This document shows, piece by piece, positions 28,524 through 38,600 of a DNA stretch of 64,000 nt. Every line of letters starts with the position of its first letter. The first letter of the stretch is position 1. The DNA is taken from contig JBEEFV010000058.1 in assembly GCA_041166405.1 (NCBI GenBank), positions 14,070 through 78,069 of the forward strand, read 5' to 3'. The notes below the pieces were generated by a model. That model did not search any database. It saw only the letters and a list, made by a program, of their open reading frames with translations, and had not been told where the DNA came from. A program made the translations under genes and the position numbers. The DNA comes from Actinomycetota bacterium. Its GTDB lineage: Bacteria; Actinomycetota; Acidimicrobiia; Acidimicrobiales; JACCXE01.

Positions 28524-29735
28524 TCACTGCAGCGACGCCGCGGCGGCCTGGATCGCGGCGGCGACGTCGTCGCAGTCTCCCGCATCGAACGTGTGCCCGA
28601 CGCCGACGGTGATCGACCGTGACGCGAGGTCTTCGGTCTGGGGGCACATTCCCATCGCGTACGCGATCTCGGTCGGGTGTTCCGCGCAATTCCACGGGCC
28701 GCCTTTGCCGCTCGCCGTGCGTTTGGCGAGGATCGACGGAGCGCTGTAGACGGGGAGGCCGTCGTACATCTGTGCGCACGGCACGCCCGCGGCGCGGAGC
28801 GCGGCGATGAACTTCTCGGCCGCATGGCGCGTCGGTGCGAACCACGAGAGGCTGGACCCGACCGCTCCCGCGGGGTCGGGTCGGCGTCGCGGTGTCAGTC
28901 CGTCGATCACACCGACGCCCTTCTCGATGGCGGCGGCGTTGGCGCGCAGGCGCGTCACGAAACCGTCGAGCTTGGTCAGCTGCACACCCGCGATCGCGCC
29001 GGCGATCTCGGTCATGCGCAGGTTCTCGCCCACGAACGGATCGCCCAGTTCGGCGCCGCGCACGTTGCCGTACTGCGTGACGAACTGGCCGCCCTGGTCC
29101 TGATAGCGCGCCGCGCGCACGCCGAGGGCGTCGTCACCCGTCACCAGCACGCCGCCTTCACCCGACGTGATGTTCTTCGCGGACTGCAGCGAGAACGCGC
29201 CGAGCGCGCCGAGCGTCCCCACCGGCCTGCCGTGATACGTCGCGCCCAGCGCTTGCGCGGCGTCTTCGAGAATCGGGATGTCGCCGGCCGCCGCCAGCAA
29301 CGCGTCCATCTCGGCGGCGACGTTCTCGAGATGCACAGGCACGATCGCCGCGGTGCGCGGCGTGATCTTCGCAGCGAGGTCGCGCGGATCCATCGTCAGC
29401 GAGTCGTCGACCTCGCAGAAGACCGGGACCGCGCCCGCCGTGACGACGGCGTTCACCGTGGCGATGAACGTGAAGGCCGGCACGATGACTTCGTCACCGC
29501 AGCCGACGCCGAGCGCCGCGAGCCCGGCGCGCAACGCGGCGGTCCCGCTCGACACGGCCACGACGTGCGAAACACCGAGGCGCTGCCCGAGCGCGTCCTC
29601 GAAGGCGGCCACCGCGCTCGTCTCCCGCGTCGCGTCGTAGCGGAACAGCTTGCGCCCCTCGAGGACGGCAGTAACAGCGGCAATTTCGTCGGCGTCGAGC
29701 ATGCCGATGCCGCGGCTGAGGCGGAGACGCTTCAC
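28524..29735 (-). CDS. DegT/DnrJ/EryC1/StrS PLP-dependent sugar aminotransferase
   Basis: SSGTAAL, PAFTFIAT, EDAAQ, FSLQSAKNITSGEGG (PLP Lys) and NLRMTEI. Confidence 0.93.
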   Translation of the reverse strand: MKRLRLSRGIGMLDADEIAAVTAVLEGRKLFRYDATRETSAVAAFEDALGQRLGVSHVVAVSSGTAALRAGLAALGVGCGDEVIVPAFTFIATVNAVVTAGAVPVFCEVDDSLTMDPRDLAAKITPRTAAIVPVHLENVAAEMDALLAAAGDIPILEDAAQALGATYHGRPVGTLGALGAFSLQSAKNITSGEGGVLVTGDDALGVRAARYQDQGGQFVTQYGNVRGAELGDPFVGENLRMTEIAGAIAGVQLTKLDGFVTRLRANAAAIEKGVGVIDGLTPRRRPDPAGAVGSSLSWFAPTRHAAEKFIAALRAAGVPCAQMYDGLPVYSAPSILAKRTASGKGGPWNCAEHPTEIAYAMGMCPQTEDLASRSITVGVGHTFDAGDCDDVAAAIQAAAASLQ

Positions 29736-30442
29736 ACGTCGATCGGATCACGCGCCAGCACGGCGCGCAACCCCCACGCCGCTGCCGACTTGAATCCCGC
29801 CGGCGCCGCGCTCGGTTCGACGATCCGATGCCCTGCGACGTGGCGCGCGATGCGTGCGACCAATTCGGGATGGCGGCGGGCCAGCCCGCCGCCGATGACG
29901 ACGAGCTCCGAGGTCGCCAGCGGCTCTTTTTCGATGGCGATGGCGACGGCGCGGGCGGCGCCCTCGAGGCTGGCCGCATTCAGCGGCGTCGGCAACGACC
30001 ACCCGGCGGCGACGGTTTCGAGGCATCCGACTCGGCCGCAGACGCACGCCATGTCACTGTGCCCGCCGTCGTGGCCGAACAGGTTGTCGGCCACCACGCG
30101 GCCCGCGACCGCGACCGCGCCGCCGACGCCGGTGCCGAGCGAGACGTAGACGATGTCGTCGCTCTCGTCGCGCAGGGCGAGTTCCCCGAGCGCCGCGGCG
30201 TCGGCGTCGTTGAGCACCACTGCGGCCGGTGCGCCGAGTTCGAGCGCTGCGGCCGGGTCGACGTCGTACCACCCGAGGTTGGACGCGGCGACGACGCGGT
30301 TGTCGGCGACGATGCCCGGAGTGGCGATCGCCAACATCGCTCCGGCGGCGCGATGCGCGCCGTCGACGCGCACGATCGTGCCGTCGTCGGCGAAGGTCAC
30401 CGTCTCGACGCCGCTGCCCCCGATCTCGACACAGGCGAGCAC
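29732..30442 (-). CDS. compact ROK family sugar kinase
   Basis: EIGGS, NDADAAALGE, LGTGVGG and CVCGRVGCLE motifs; GTG start overlaps upstream TAG. Confidence 0.82.
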   Translation of the reverse strand: MLACVEIGGSGVETVTFADDGTIVRVDGAHRAAGAMLAIATPGIVADNRVVAASNLGWYDVDPAAALELGAPAAVVLNDADAAALGELALRDESDDIVYVSLGTGVGGAVAVAGRVVADNLFGHDGGHSDMACVCGRVGCLETVAAGWSLPTPLNAASLEGAARAVAIAIEKEPLATSELVVIGGGLARRHPELVARIARHVAGHRIVEPSAAPAGFKSAAAWGLRAVLARDPIDV

Positions 30443-31620
30443 TACGCCACCATCCGGAACGTCTCGGCGAGCACGAGAGCTCCGGCGCCGAGCAGCGCGA
30501 CGTCTTCGCCGAGCGTCGAGTACACGACCGAAAGCCGCGACAGCGAGCGCTGCCGGGCGTACCGCTCGACGCGCGTGCGGAACGTCTCGCCGCCGCCGAG
30601 CACGTCGCCGTGGAGGATGAACACTTCGAGGCTGAGTGTCTGGTTCAGGTTGGCGATGCCGATCGCCAGGTTCGACGCGTATTTGTCGAGCAGCGCTTCG
30701 GCGTCGGCGGACTCCGCGGCCAAGGCGACCAGACGCCCGCACGTCATGACGCTGGCGCCGCGCAACCCCATCGCCTTCGCCTCACGGCGCAGCCACCGCA
30801 GCGACGCGATCGTTTCCCAACAGCCGCGCAAGCCGCACGTGCAACGATCGCCGTCCAACACGACGGCGGTGTGACCGACCTCGCCGGCGATGCCCGAGCG
30901 ACTGCGCACGATCTCGCCGTTGAGCACGATCCCGGCGCCGAGCCCTTCACCCGTCTGCAGGGCGGCGTAGGTGTCGAGGCCGCGACCGGCGCCGAACCAC
31001 TTCTCAGCCAGCGCATGCGTGCGCGAGTCGTTGTCGATGTGCACTTTCATCGACGTGCGCGCGCTGACCCGCTCGACAATGGTGCGCCCACGTGCGCCGG
31101 GCACCTGTCCCGAACCGAGAACTTCGCCGTGCTCGGTGTCGCACACGCCGGGCACGGCGACGCCGACGCCGACCGGCGTCGAACTGCGCAGTTGCACCCG
31201 CGACACCGCGTCGGCCACGGCGCGCGCCACCGTCGTCGTGCTGTCGCGGTCCTTGAGCGCCTCGTGATGGTGATCGCGCACCGTTCCGCCGGCGTCTACG
31301 AGACAGGCGTCGACGCCCTGCACCGTCACCGACGCCGCAATGGCGAGACCCGCGCCGGGCGCAAACCACACCGGACGCGCCGGTTTGCCGATCGAACCGA
31401 GGTTGACGGGCGCGTGCTCTTCGAGAATCCCGCTGTCGATGAGCGACTGCACGATCGTGCCCATGGTGGCGCGCGTGACGCCAGCGGTCTTTGCCAGATC
31501 AGCACGCGACAGGGGGCCGCGGTCGCTCAACGCGCGCAAGACACGCGACCTGTTGAGGGCGCCGATCCTGCGCGGCGACAGCAGCGAGGACGGCGGTCCC
31601 TCTGCTCGAGACCCCGGCAT
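30442..31620 (-). CDS. ROK family transcriptional repressor
   Basis: N-terminal HTH (SRADLAKTAGVTRAT), DND, GEVGH and CTCGLRGCWE. Confidence 0.92.
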   Translation of the reverse strand: MPGSRAEGPPSSLLSPRRIGALNRSRVLRALSDRGPLSRADLAKTAGVTRATMGTIVQSLIDSGILEEHAPVNLGSIGKPARPVWFAPGAGLAIAASVTVQGVDACLVDAGGTVRDHHHEALKDRDSTTTVARAVADAVSRVQLRSSTPVGVGVAVPGVCDTEHGEVLGSGQVPGARGRTIVERVSARTSMKVHIDNDSRTHALAEKWFGAGRGLDTYAALQTGEGLGAGIVLNGEIVRSRSGIAGEVGHTAVVLDGDRCTCGLRGCWETIASLRWLRREAKAMGLRGASVMTCGRLVALAAESADAEALLDKYASNLAIGIANLNQTLSLEVFILHGDVLGGGETFRTRVERYARQRSLSRLSVVYSTLGEDVALLGAGALVLAETFRMVA

Positions 31621-31632
31621 ACCCGGAAATGT

Positions 31633-31654
31633 ACAGAGTTCTTGCAAACTCTGT
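31633..31654. promoter_or_regulatory. probable ROK repressor operator
   Basis: Perfect inverted repeat ACAGAGTT-N6-AACTCTGT immediately upstream of the ROK operon. Confidence 0.65.
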
Positions 31655-31680
31655 CAGTGGTGAATGTCACGCGTTCGCCG

Positions 31681-32241
31681 CTACCGCCTCGTGAGCAGCT
31701 CCATCATGGCGGTGAGCTGCTTGTGCGGGTCCTTCTGGCTGCCGAGACCAGGACCGACATCGCCGAAACCGACACCGGCGTAGAACAGCGTCTTGGCGCG
31801 AATGTCGGCTTCCTCAGGCGCGAAGCCCAGTAGCTCGAAGCTCTCCTTGATCGCCGCGAACCCCAAGCGGTCGCTGGCCTCGATGGCAGCGCGGGCACGG
31901 TCGTCTGTACGGGCCCAGTCGCGCATGGCGCGCTCGATCCGCCCGAGCCGGTTGTCGTAGGAGAAGTGCACGGCGTCGGCCAGCGTCTTGTCGGGGTCTT
32001 GGCGCGCCATGGCCGTGAATTGATCGCGAAAGATGCGCGCCCCGTCCTCGTAGTGCTTGGCCATCGCCCCGAGGAAGGCGTCGAGGTCGGTGAAGTGCCA
32101 GTAGAAGCTGCCCTTGGTCACGCTCAGGCGGTCGCACAGTTTCTGGATCTTCACCCCGCCGATGCCTTCTTCACCCAGCAACTCGAGGCCGGCGCTGATC
32201 CAGTCGCTGACCGACAGGCGCGCCGTCTGTGGCGCCGTCAC
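31681..32241 (-). CDS. TetR/AcrR transcriptional regulator
   Basis: DWISAG..LCDRLSVTKGSFYWHF HTH; GTGA overlap with thioesterase. Confidence 0.92.
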   Translation of the reverse strand: MTAPQTARLSVSDWISAGLELLGEEGIGGVKIQKLCDRLSVTKGSFYWHFTDLDAFLGAMAKHYEDGARIFRDQFTAMARQDPDKTLADAVHFSYDNRLGRIERAMRDWARTDDRARAAIEASDRLGFAAIKESFELLGFAPEEADIRAKTLFYAGVGFGDVGPGLGSQKDPHKQLTAMMELLTRR

Positions 32242-33095
32242 GCGTTCCCTTTGGGCCAGTTCGGGGGCGCGATGCCTTCGTCGAAGATGTGCAGCACGTT
32301 GGACGTCTGACCGCCTGTTGCCACCAGCACTCCATCTTGCGACCACACGTGGATCGTGCAATGACCGTACCCACCGACGGCGAGGTTGCCGTGGACTTCG
32401 AGCAGCACCCACTCGCTGTCGGCGGGCGGGCCGAAGCGCACGGAGTTGTCGAGGCTGATGCCGCCGCCGCGCTTGCCGAGTCCCGACGCGATCGAGATCG
32501 GCGCCATGTCCGCCATGAAGGCGACGGCCGCCGGCGTGGGTGGCTTGTGCGTCGACAGGCGCGCCCACATCGCCATCGCGCCCTTGGCGCGTTCTTCGTC
32601 GGGCGCCAGCGACACGTGGCGGTGCTCGACGAGCGACGCGAAGAAGTCGACCTGCATCTGCGCCAGCTGCGGCGGTCCGAAGAAGAAGCTGCTCGCCTCG
32701 TCGGGACCGGCCACGTTCGGCATCGACTGGAACTGCCCTTCGATACCGTTCTCGCGCGGGATCGCCGTCGAGCCCATCGTCGAGAACATCACTGCACCCG
32801 ATTCGTCGACGCCGTTGACGTGAACCTGCTTGATGCGTTTGCCCGCCGCGTGGATCGTCGTGTCGAGGTCGATGACGGTGCCTTCACGCGGCGACGCCAC
32901 GAACTGTGTGGTGGCCCACAAGATCGGCGACTGCGTCGCCACTTCCATCGCCGTGACCGCCGCCGCGATCGCGCAGCCGCCGTACAGCGCGCCGTCAGGC
33001 CGGCAGTTGCGGCGCTCGATCACGAACTTTCCGTGACCGGATTCGTCGAACTGGATCGGGACGAGGTCGAGGTCGCCCGGGCGTGGATAGCTCAT
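32238..33095 (-). CDS. acyl-CoA thioesterase (TesB-like double hotdog)
   Basis: LYGG, ISLDNSVRF, EWVLL, GYG..IHVWS.DG.LVA..Q motifs. Confidence 0.88.
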   Translation of the reverse strand: MSYPRPGDLDLVPIQFDESGHGKFVIERRNCRPDGALYGGCAIAAAVTAMEVATQSPILWATTQFVASPREGTVIDLDTTIHAAGKRIKQVHVNGVDESGAVMFSTMGSTAIPRENGIEGQFQSMPNVAGPDEASSFFFGPPQLAQMQVDFFASLVEHRHVSLAPDEERAKGAMAMWARLSTHKPPTPAAVAFMADMAPISIASGLGKRGGGISLDNSVRFGPPADSEWVLLEVHGNLAVGGYGHCTIHVWSQDGVLVATGGQTSNVLHIFDEGIAPPNWPKGNA

Positions 33096-33100
33096 AAGAA

Positions 33101-33161
33101 CGAACTGGCACCGGCGTGAGCGGGACCCCCCCGAATACCGCCCACGCCGGTTGCCAAACCG
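33101..33161. repeat. imperfect palindrome related to the REP-like elements
   Basis: Begins CGAACTGG; arms TGGCACCGGCGTGAGCGG / CCGCCCACGCCGGTTGCCA; fills the thiolase-thioesterase gap. Confidence 0.55.
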
Positions 33162-34334
33162 TTAGATGCGCTCGATGACGGTGCCGGAACCGAGTCCGCC
33201 ACCGCAGCACATCGTGATCATCGCCCGAGTGCCGTCGCGGCGCTCGAGTTCGTGCAGCGCCGTCGTGATGAGGCGCGCGCCCGTCGCACCGACGGGGTGG
33301 CCGATGGCGATCGCTCCGCCGTTCACGTTGACGCGGTCGTGGTCGGGCTTGCACTCCTTCTCCCACGCCAGCACGACGGAGGCGAACGCCTCGTTGACCT
33401 CGAACAGGTCGAAGTCGCTCATTGCCATGCCGGTCTTGGAGAGCAGCTTCTCGGTCGCGTCGATGGGACCGGTCAGCATCAGGACGGGATCCACGCCCAC
33501 CAAGCACTGCGCGACCACGCGAGCGCGCGGCGTCAGGCCGAGTTCCTTCGCCTTGCGCTCCGTCGTCATGATGATGGCGGCGGCGCCGTCGGAGATCTGC
33601 GAAGACGTGCCGGCGGTGTGGACGCCGTTTTCGCGTGCGACCGGCTTGAGCGTGGAGAGCTTTTCGAGACTCGTCTCGCGCAGGCCTTCGTCCTTGCCGA
33701 CGACCTGCGTCTCGCCGGTGTCGTTGCCTTCGGCGTCGAAGATCGCGGCCGTGATCGGCAGGACCTCACGCTCGTAGCGGCCCTCGGCCCACGCCTGGAT
33801 CGCCTTCTGCTGGCTCTCGAGACCGAACTGGTCCGTGTCCTGGCGAGAGATGCCCCACTTCTCGGCGATGCGCTCCGCGCCCTCGAACTGCGAGGTGCCT
33901 TCGTACGGATACTTCGACGAGAACGGCATGCCCGGACCCGATCGGGCGGCCGCGCCGAGCCCGACTCGGCTCATCGACTCGACGCCGCATGACATCACGA
34001 CCTCGACTGCGCCGCTGGCGAGCAGGCCGGCGGCGAGGTTGGTCGCCTGCTGGCTCGAGCCGCACTGGGCGTCGACGGTGGTGGCCGCGGTCGTGAGCGG
34101 GAGACCCGCCGTAAGCCACGCGCCGCGTGCGATGTTGAACGTCTGCTCGCCGACCTGGCTCACGCAGCCGCCGACCACTTGGTCGATGGCCGCGGGATCG
34201 ATGCCGGCTCGCTTGATGGCCTCGGCCTGCACCGCGCCGAGAAGGTCGATGGGGTGCACCGTCGACAGACCGCCCGCACGCCGACCTAGCGGCGAACGGA
34301 CGGCCTCGACGATGACAACGTCGTTGTCAGACAT
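33162..34334 (-). CDS. acetyl-CoA C-acyltransferase (thiolase, FadA5/FadA6-like)
   Basis: QCGSSQ catalytic Cys, NEAF, GHPVGATG and MCCGGG. Confidence 0.95.
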   Translation of the reverse strand: MSDNDVVIVEAVRSPLGRRAGGLSTVHPIDLLGAVQAEAIKRAGIDPAAIDQVVGGCVSQVGEQTFNIARGAWLTAGLPLTTAATTVDAQCGSSQQATNLAAGLLASGAVEVVMSCGVESMSRVGLGAAARSGPGMPFSSKYPYEGTSQFEGAERIAEKWGISRQDTDQFGLESQQKAIQAWAEGRYEREVLPITAAIFDAEGNDTGETQVVGKDEGLRETSLEKLSTLKPVARENGVHTAGTSSQISDGAAAIIMTTERKAKELGLTPRARVVAQCLVGVDPVLMLTGPIDATEKLLSKTGMAMSDFDLFEVNEAFASVVLAWEKECKPDHDRVNVNGGAIAIGHPVGATGARLITTALHELERRDGTRAMITMCCGGGLGSGTVIERI

Positions 34335-34339
34335 CTGCG

Positions 34340-34732
34340 TTAGTCCGAGGTGACTTCCTTGATCCGCTTCTGCAGCGCTTCGGCGGCAGCCGGATCGGGG
34401 TTGGCGCCACCCTGCATGGCCATGAGCTTGGTCATGTCGCCTTCGACCTTGATCTTGCCGCTCATGAAGGCCTGCATCGCGGCCTGCTGGTTGCCGTTGA
34501 TGAACATGTCCTTGGCCACGTCGTACGGAAGCGTCAGCTTCGTCGGCGCGCCCTCGAGCAGGCCGGGGTTGAACTGGCCGCCGGCGACGTGCAGTTCCTT
34601 GTCACCTTCCGGGCCGCCGGTGATGACCATGTTGATCTCAGCCGTGGGGGGCATCATGCCGCCGCCGCCGGCCTCTTCAGCGATGGCCTTGACTTCCTCG
34701 AGCCAGGCGTCGGAAAGGAATGGGTTGGGCAT
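34340..34732 (-). CDS. SCP2 sterol/lipid-binding domain protein
   Basis: FLSDAW..., MQAFMSGKIKVEGDMTKLM signature; GAGGGAG RBS. Confidence 0.88.
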   Translation of the reverse strand: MPNPFLSDAWLEEVKAIAEEAGGGGMMPPTAEINMVITGGPEGDKELHVAGGQFNPGLLEGAPTKLTLPYDVAKDMFINGNQQAAMQAFMSGKIKVEGDMTKLMAMQGGANPDPAAAEALQKRIKEVTSD

Positions 34733-34765
34733 TTCGATCTCCCTCAGAGACGGTTTGAAGATCGG

Positions 34766-34787
34766 GACCATACCCTACGGAATGGTC
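34766..34787. promoter_or_regulatory. probable TetR operator of the SCP2-thiolase operon
   Basis: GACCAT-ACCCTACGGA-ATGGTC inverted repeat overlapping a minus-strand TAGGGT -10. Confidence 0.5.
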
Positions 34788-34822
34788 TGGTGCTACGGCC
34801 ACGGCTTGCCGCCAATCCGGGG

Positions 34823-35629
34823 TTAGCGGCGCTGGTAGTTCGCGGGACGCTTCTGGAGGAACGCGGTGATCGCTTCGCGCTGGTCCTCGGCGTAGGACGA
34901 CAGGATCTGCGTGCGGTTCTCGAGGTCGATGGCCGCCTGGAACGACGGGATCTCGCGGCTGGCCCACGACGCTTCCTTGGTCATCCACACGCCGAACGGC
35001 GAGTTCGCGCAGATCTGGGACGCGATGTTGAGCGCGGCGTTGACGGTCTCGCCGTCGGGGACGACTTCGCTGACGAGTCCGTACTTGTCGGCCTCCTCCG
35101 CAGTGATCAGCCGGCCAGTCAACATCATCTCGGTGGCGCGCGACGCGCCGATGAGGCGCGGCAGCAACCACGACACGCCGACGTCGCAGCCCGAAAGTCC
35201 GATCCGCACGAACGCGACGTTGAAACGCGCGCTCTCGGAGCACACGCGCACGTCCGACGCCAACGCCAGCGCGAGACCGCCACCGGCACACGGTCCGTTG
35301 ACCGCCGCGATGACGGGCTGGCGCAGCGCGCGCAACCGCGGCATCACGTTGGCGATGTACTGCTGCACTGCCAGTCCGGCGGCGGGTCCGCCCCACCCCT
35401 TCTGGCGCGGCGCGCTGCCAAAGCCGGTGAGATCGAGGCCGGCGCAGAATCCGCGCCCCATGCCGGTAAGGATGACGACGCGGCACTCCGGATCGTCCTC
35501 GATCTCGTCGCAGCGTTCGTACAGCCGCCGGATCAGCTCCTCGTTCATAGCGTTGAGCTTGTCGGGACGGTTCAGCGTGAGCTGAGTGATCTCCGGGGTG
35601 AGTTTTTCAAGCAGGACGGTGTCGGCCAT
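34823..35629 (-). CDS. enoyl-CoA hydratase/isomerase
   Basis: LNRPDKLNA, FCAGLDL, IAAVNGPCAGGG and FLQKRPA. Confidence 0.92.
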   Translation of the reverse strand: MADTVLLEKLTPEITQLTLNRPDKLNAMNEELIRRLYERCDEIEDDPECRVVILTGMGRGFCAGLDLTGFGSAPRQKGWGGPAAGLAVQQYIANVMPRLRALRQPVIAAVNGPCAGGGLALALASDVRVCSESARFNVAFVRIGLSGCDVGVSWLLPRLIGASRATEMMLTGRLITAEEADKYGLVSEVVPDGETVNAALNIASQICANSPFGVWMTKEASWASREIPSFQAAIDLENRTQILSSYAEDQREAITAFLQKRPANYQRR

Positions 35630-38600
35630 GGCGAACGTTGCCATAGCGGTGCATCGTCTGCGTGACCGACTGCTCGCGCACCCACCGCAGCATTTCGATG
35701 CGCCCGACCGACGACACCGGCGCGTCGTCGACGGCGATGCCGTGCTCGTCGCACGCGGCGTAGATCGTGTCGGCGACGCCACCGACCACGCGCACCTTGC
35801 CGGCGCGCAGGTTGCGCACGCGCGCGATGAACTCGTCGTCGCTGTCGCGTGCGATCACCAGCGTGACGCCGGCAACTTTCGCCGCGAGCTGACAGCGCTG
35901 CACGTCGCGTTCAGTCGCGCCCTCGCCGACCCGCACGACGACGGGGCGGTGGTACGGCACGTAGCGGAACACGTTCGACTCCGCGGTCAGCCCCGACTGG
36001 TCGTGGTCGACCGCGAAGTGCAGCGCCCACGCGGCGGCGTAGTCAGGCGCGCGGGACGCGTCGTCGTCGCGCCAGCGCCCCATCGAGGCCACGTAGTTCG
36101 GACCGCCCGCCTTCGCGCCGGCACCCATCGCGGAGCGCTTCCACCCGCCAAACGGTTGGCGGCGCACGATCGCGCCGGTGATGGCGCGATTCACGTAGAG
36201 ATTGCCGGCGTCGACGCGGTCGGTCCATCGCGCCACTTCGGCAGGGTCGAGCGACTGCAGCCCCGCCGTCAGGCCGAAGGGCGTGGCGTTCTGCATGCGA
36301 ACGGCGTCGTCGAGATCCTTCGCCCGCATGAGGCCGAGCACCGGCCCGAAGCACTCCGCGGTGTGGAACCACGACCCATCGCGCACGCCGAGCTTCACGC
36401 CCGGCGTCCACGTGCGCGTCCCGATCTGGCGCGGCGCGACCAGCCACGACTCGTCGGCGTCGAGGCGCGTGAACGCTCGCAACAACGGACCGCTCGCCGG
36501 TTCGATCAGTGGGCCGACGGTCGTGTCGACATCGGTCGCGCTGCCGACGCGCAGCGAACGCACGGCGTCGGCAAGCCGCTCGAGGAACCGGGTGTCGTCG
36601 TACACGGACGCCTCGAGGATCCCGAGGCTCGCCGCCGAACACTTCTGCCCCGCGTGCCCGAACGCCGAGCGAACGAGATCGCGGATCGCACCGTCGAGGT
36701 CGGCCGCCGCGGTGACGACGATGGCGTTCTTGCCGCTCGTCTCCGCGTGCAGCGCCAGCCGCGGCTTCCACGAGCGGAACAGCCGCGCCGTGTCCCACGA
36801 CCCCGTGAGCACGACGGCGTCGACGTCGTCATGGGTGATCAGTCGTTGCCCGGCCTCGTCGTCGTCACACGGCAGGAATTGGACGACGTCGGCCGGGACA
36901 CCGCCGCGGACGCAATGCTCGACGATCGTCGACGCGACGAGACGCGTCTGCGGCGCCGGCTTGAGGATGACGGATGCGCCGGCGGCGAGCGCGGCGAGCA
37001 CGCCGCCGGCGGGGATGGCGTAGGGGAAGTTCCACGGCGACGCCACCGCAACAACTCGATACGGCTCGAAGGTCGCGCCGTGTGTGGTCTCACAAGCCGA
37101 AGACGCGTAGTACCGCGCAAAGTCGATCGCCTCCGACACTTCGGTGTCGCCTTCGGCCACGGTTTTGCCCGCAGTGTGGGCCATGGTGGCGATGGTGTCG
37201 CCGCGGTGTACCGCCATCTCGTGCGCGACGCGGCGCAGGATCGCGGCGCGTCCTTCCGCGCCGAGCGCGCGCCAATCGTGCGCGGCGGTGCGGGCCCGCG
37301 CGACGGCGGCGTCGACATCGGCGACCGTGGGCGTGGGCCACCCCTCCGGGCACGGATCGGTCCAGTGCGCCAGGTGGTCGTTGATCCAGCGCCGGTTGAC
37401 AGCCGACGTGAAGTCGGTGTCGGGCTCGTTGCGGAACTCGGTCGACGGGTCGGGCTCGTGCGGCGCCAATCGGTCTTGATGCCGGCGCGGACGCGGCGGC
37501 GCGAGGTGACGCGCGGCGACAGCGGCGCGGAAGCGTTGTTCTTCGACGCGGAACTCGTCGGAGCCCGGCGTCATCGAGAACAAGGCGTGCAGGAAGTTCT
37601 CGGGTGCGGCGTTCTCGTCGAGCCGGCGCGCCAAGTACGCGACCGCTGGTTCGAGGTCGCCCTCGCGCGTCGCCGGCCCGTAGAGCAACAGACCGCCGGC
37701 GGCCTGCGCCACCGCCGCCGACTGCGGAGGCGCCATGCCTTCCAGCATCTCGATCTCGAGTCGGTCTTCGGCGCCGTAGTGCTCGCGTAATGTCAGCGCC
37801 CAGGCGACGTCGAACAAGTTGTGCGACGCCACACCGATGCGCACGGCGTCGGCGTATTGCGGACGGAGCAGCGCGTCGAGCATGCGTTTGTAGTTGGCGT
37901 CGACGTCGGCCTTGTTGTCGAACGGCGCGCTGACCCACCCGTGCATCTCCGCGTCGACGTGTTCCATCGCGAGGTTCGCGCCCTTGACGATGCGGATCTT
38001 GATGCGACCCCCGCCGCGCGCGCGGCGCGCCGTTGCCCACTCACACAGCTCGACGAGCACGGCGTACGAGTCGGGGAGATACGCCTGCAGCACGATGCCG
38101 GCGTCGAGATTCCGGAACTCCTCCTCGTCGAGCACGGCGCGAAACGCCGCAACCGTGAGGTGCAGATCGCGGTACTCCTCCATGTCGAGGTTGACGAACT
38201 TGCTCGGCATCGCGGCGCGGTACAGCTCGCGCAGCCGCTCCGCGATGCGATCAACGCTGCGGTTGAACGACAGCGGGTCGAGCTGCGAACAGATCGACGA
38301 GATTTTCACGGACACGTAGTCGACGTGATCGCGACCCAACAGCTCGATCACGTCGGCGACGCGCTGTCGCGCTTCGTCTTCACCGAGGATCGCCTCGCCC
38401 AACAGGTTGACGTTCATGTGGATGTGCGCGGCCTCGTAGCCGTGCACCCGCGACGCCAGCTTCGGCTCGTCCGCCGGCAAGAGCACCGTCGACGTTTCGC
38501 GCCGCACGCGCGACGCCACCATCGGCATGACGACACGGGGTACGACGCGGGCAGCCGCCGCACCCGTCTTCAGCATCAGACGGTCGAGCGGTCCGAGGAA

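Noticed and set aside
27640-31620. Aminoglycoside biosynthetic gene cluster
   Set aside because: No cyclitol synthase, glycosyltransferase, dehydrogenase set, exporter or resistance gene adjacent
35586-37790. 734-aa plus-strand ORF
   Set aside because: Antisense shadow of putA
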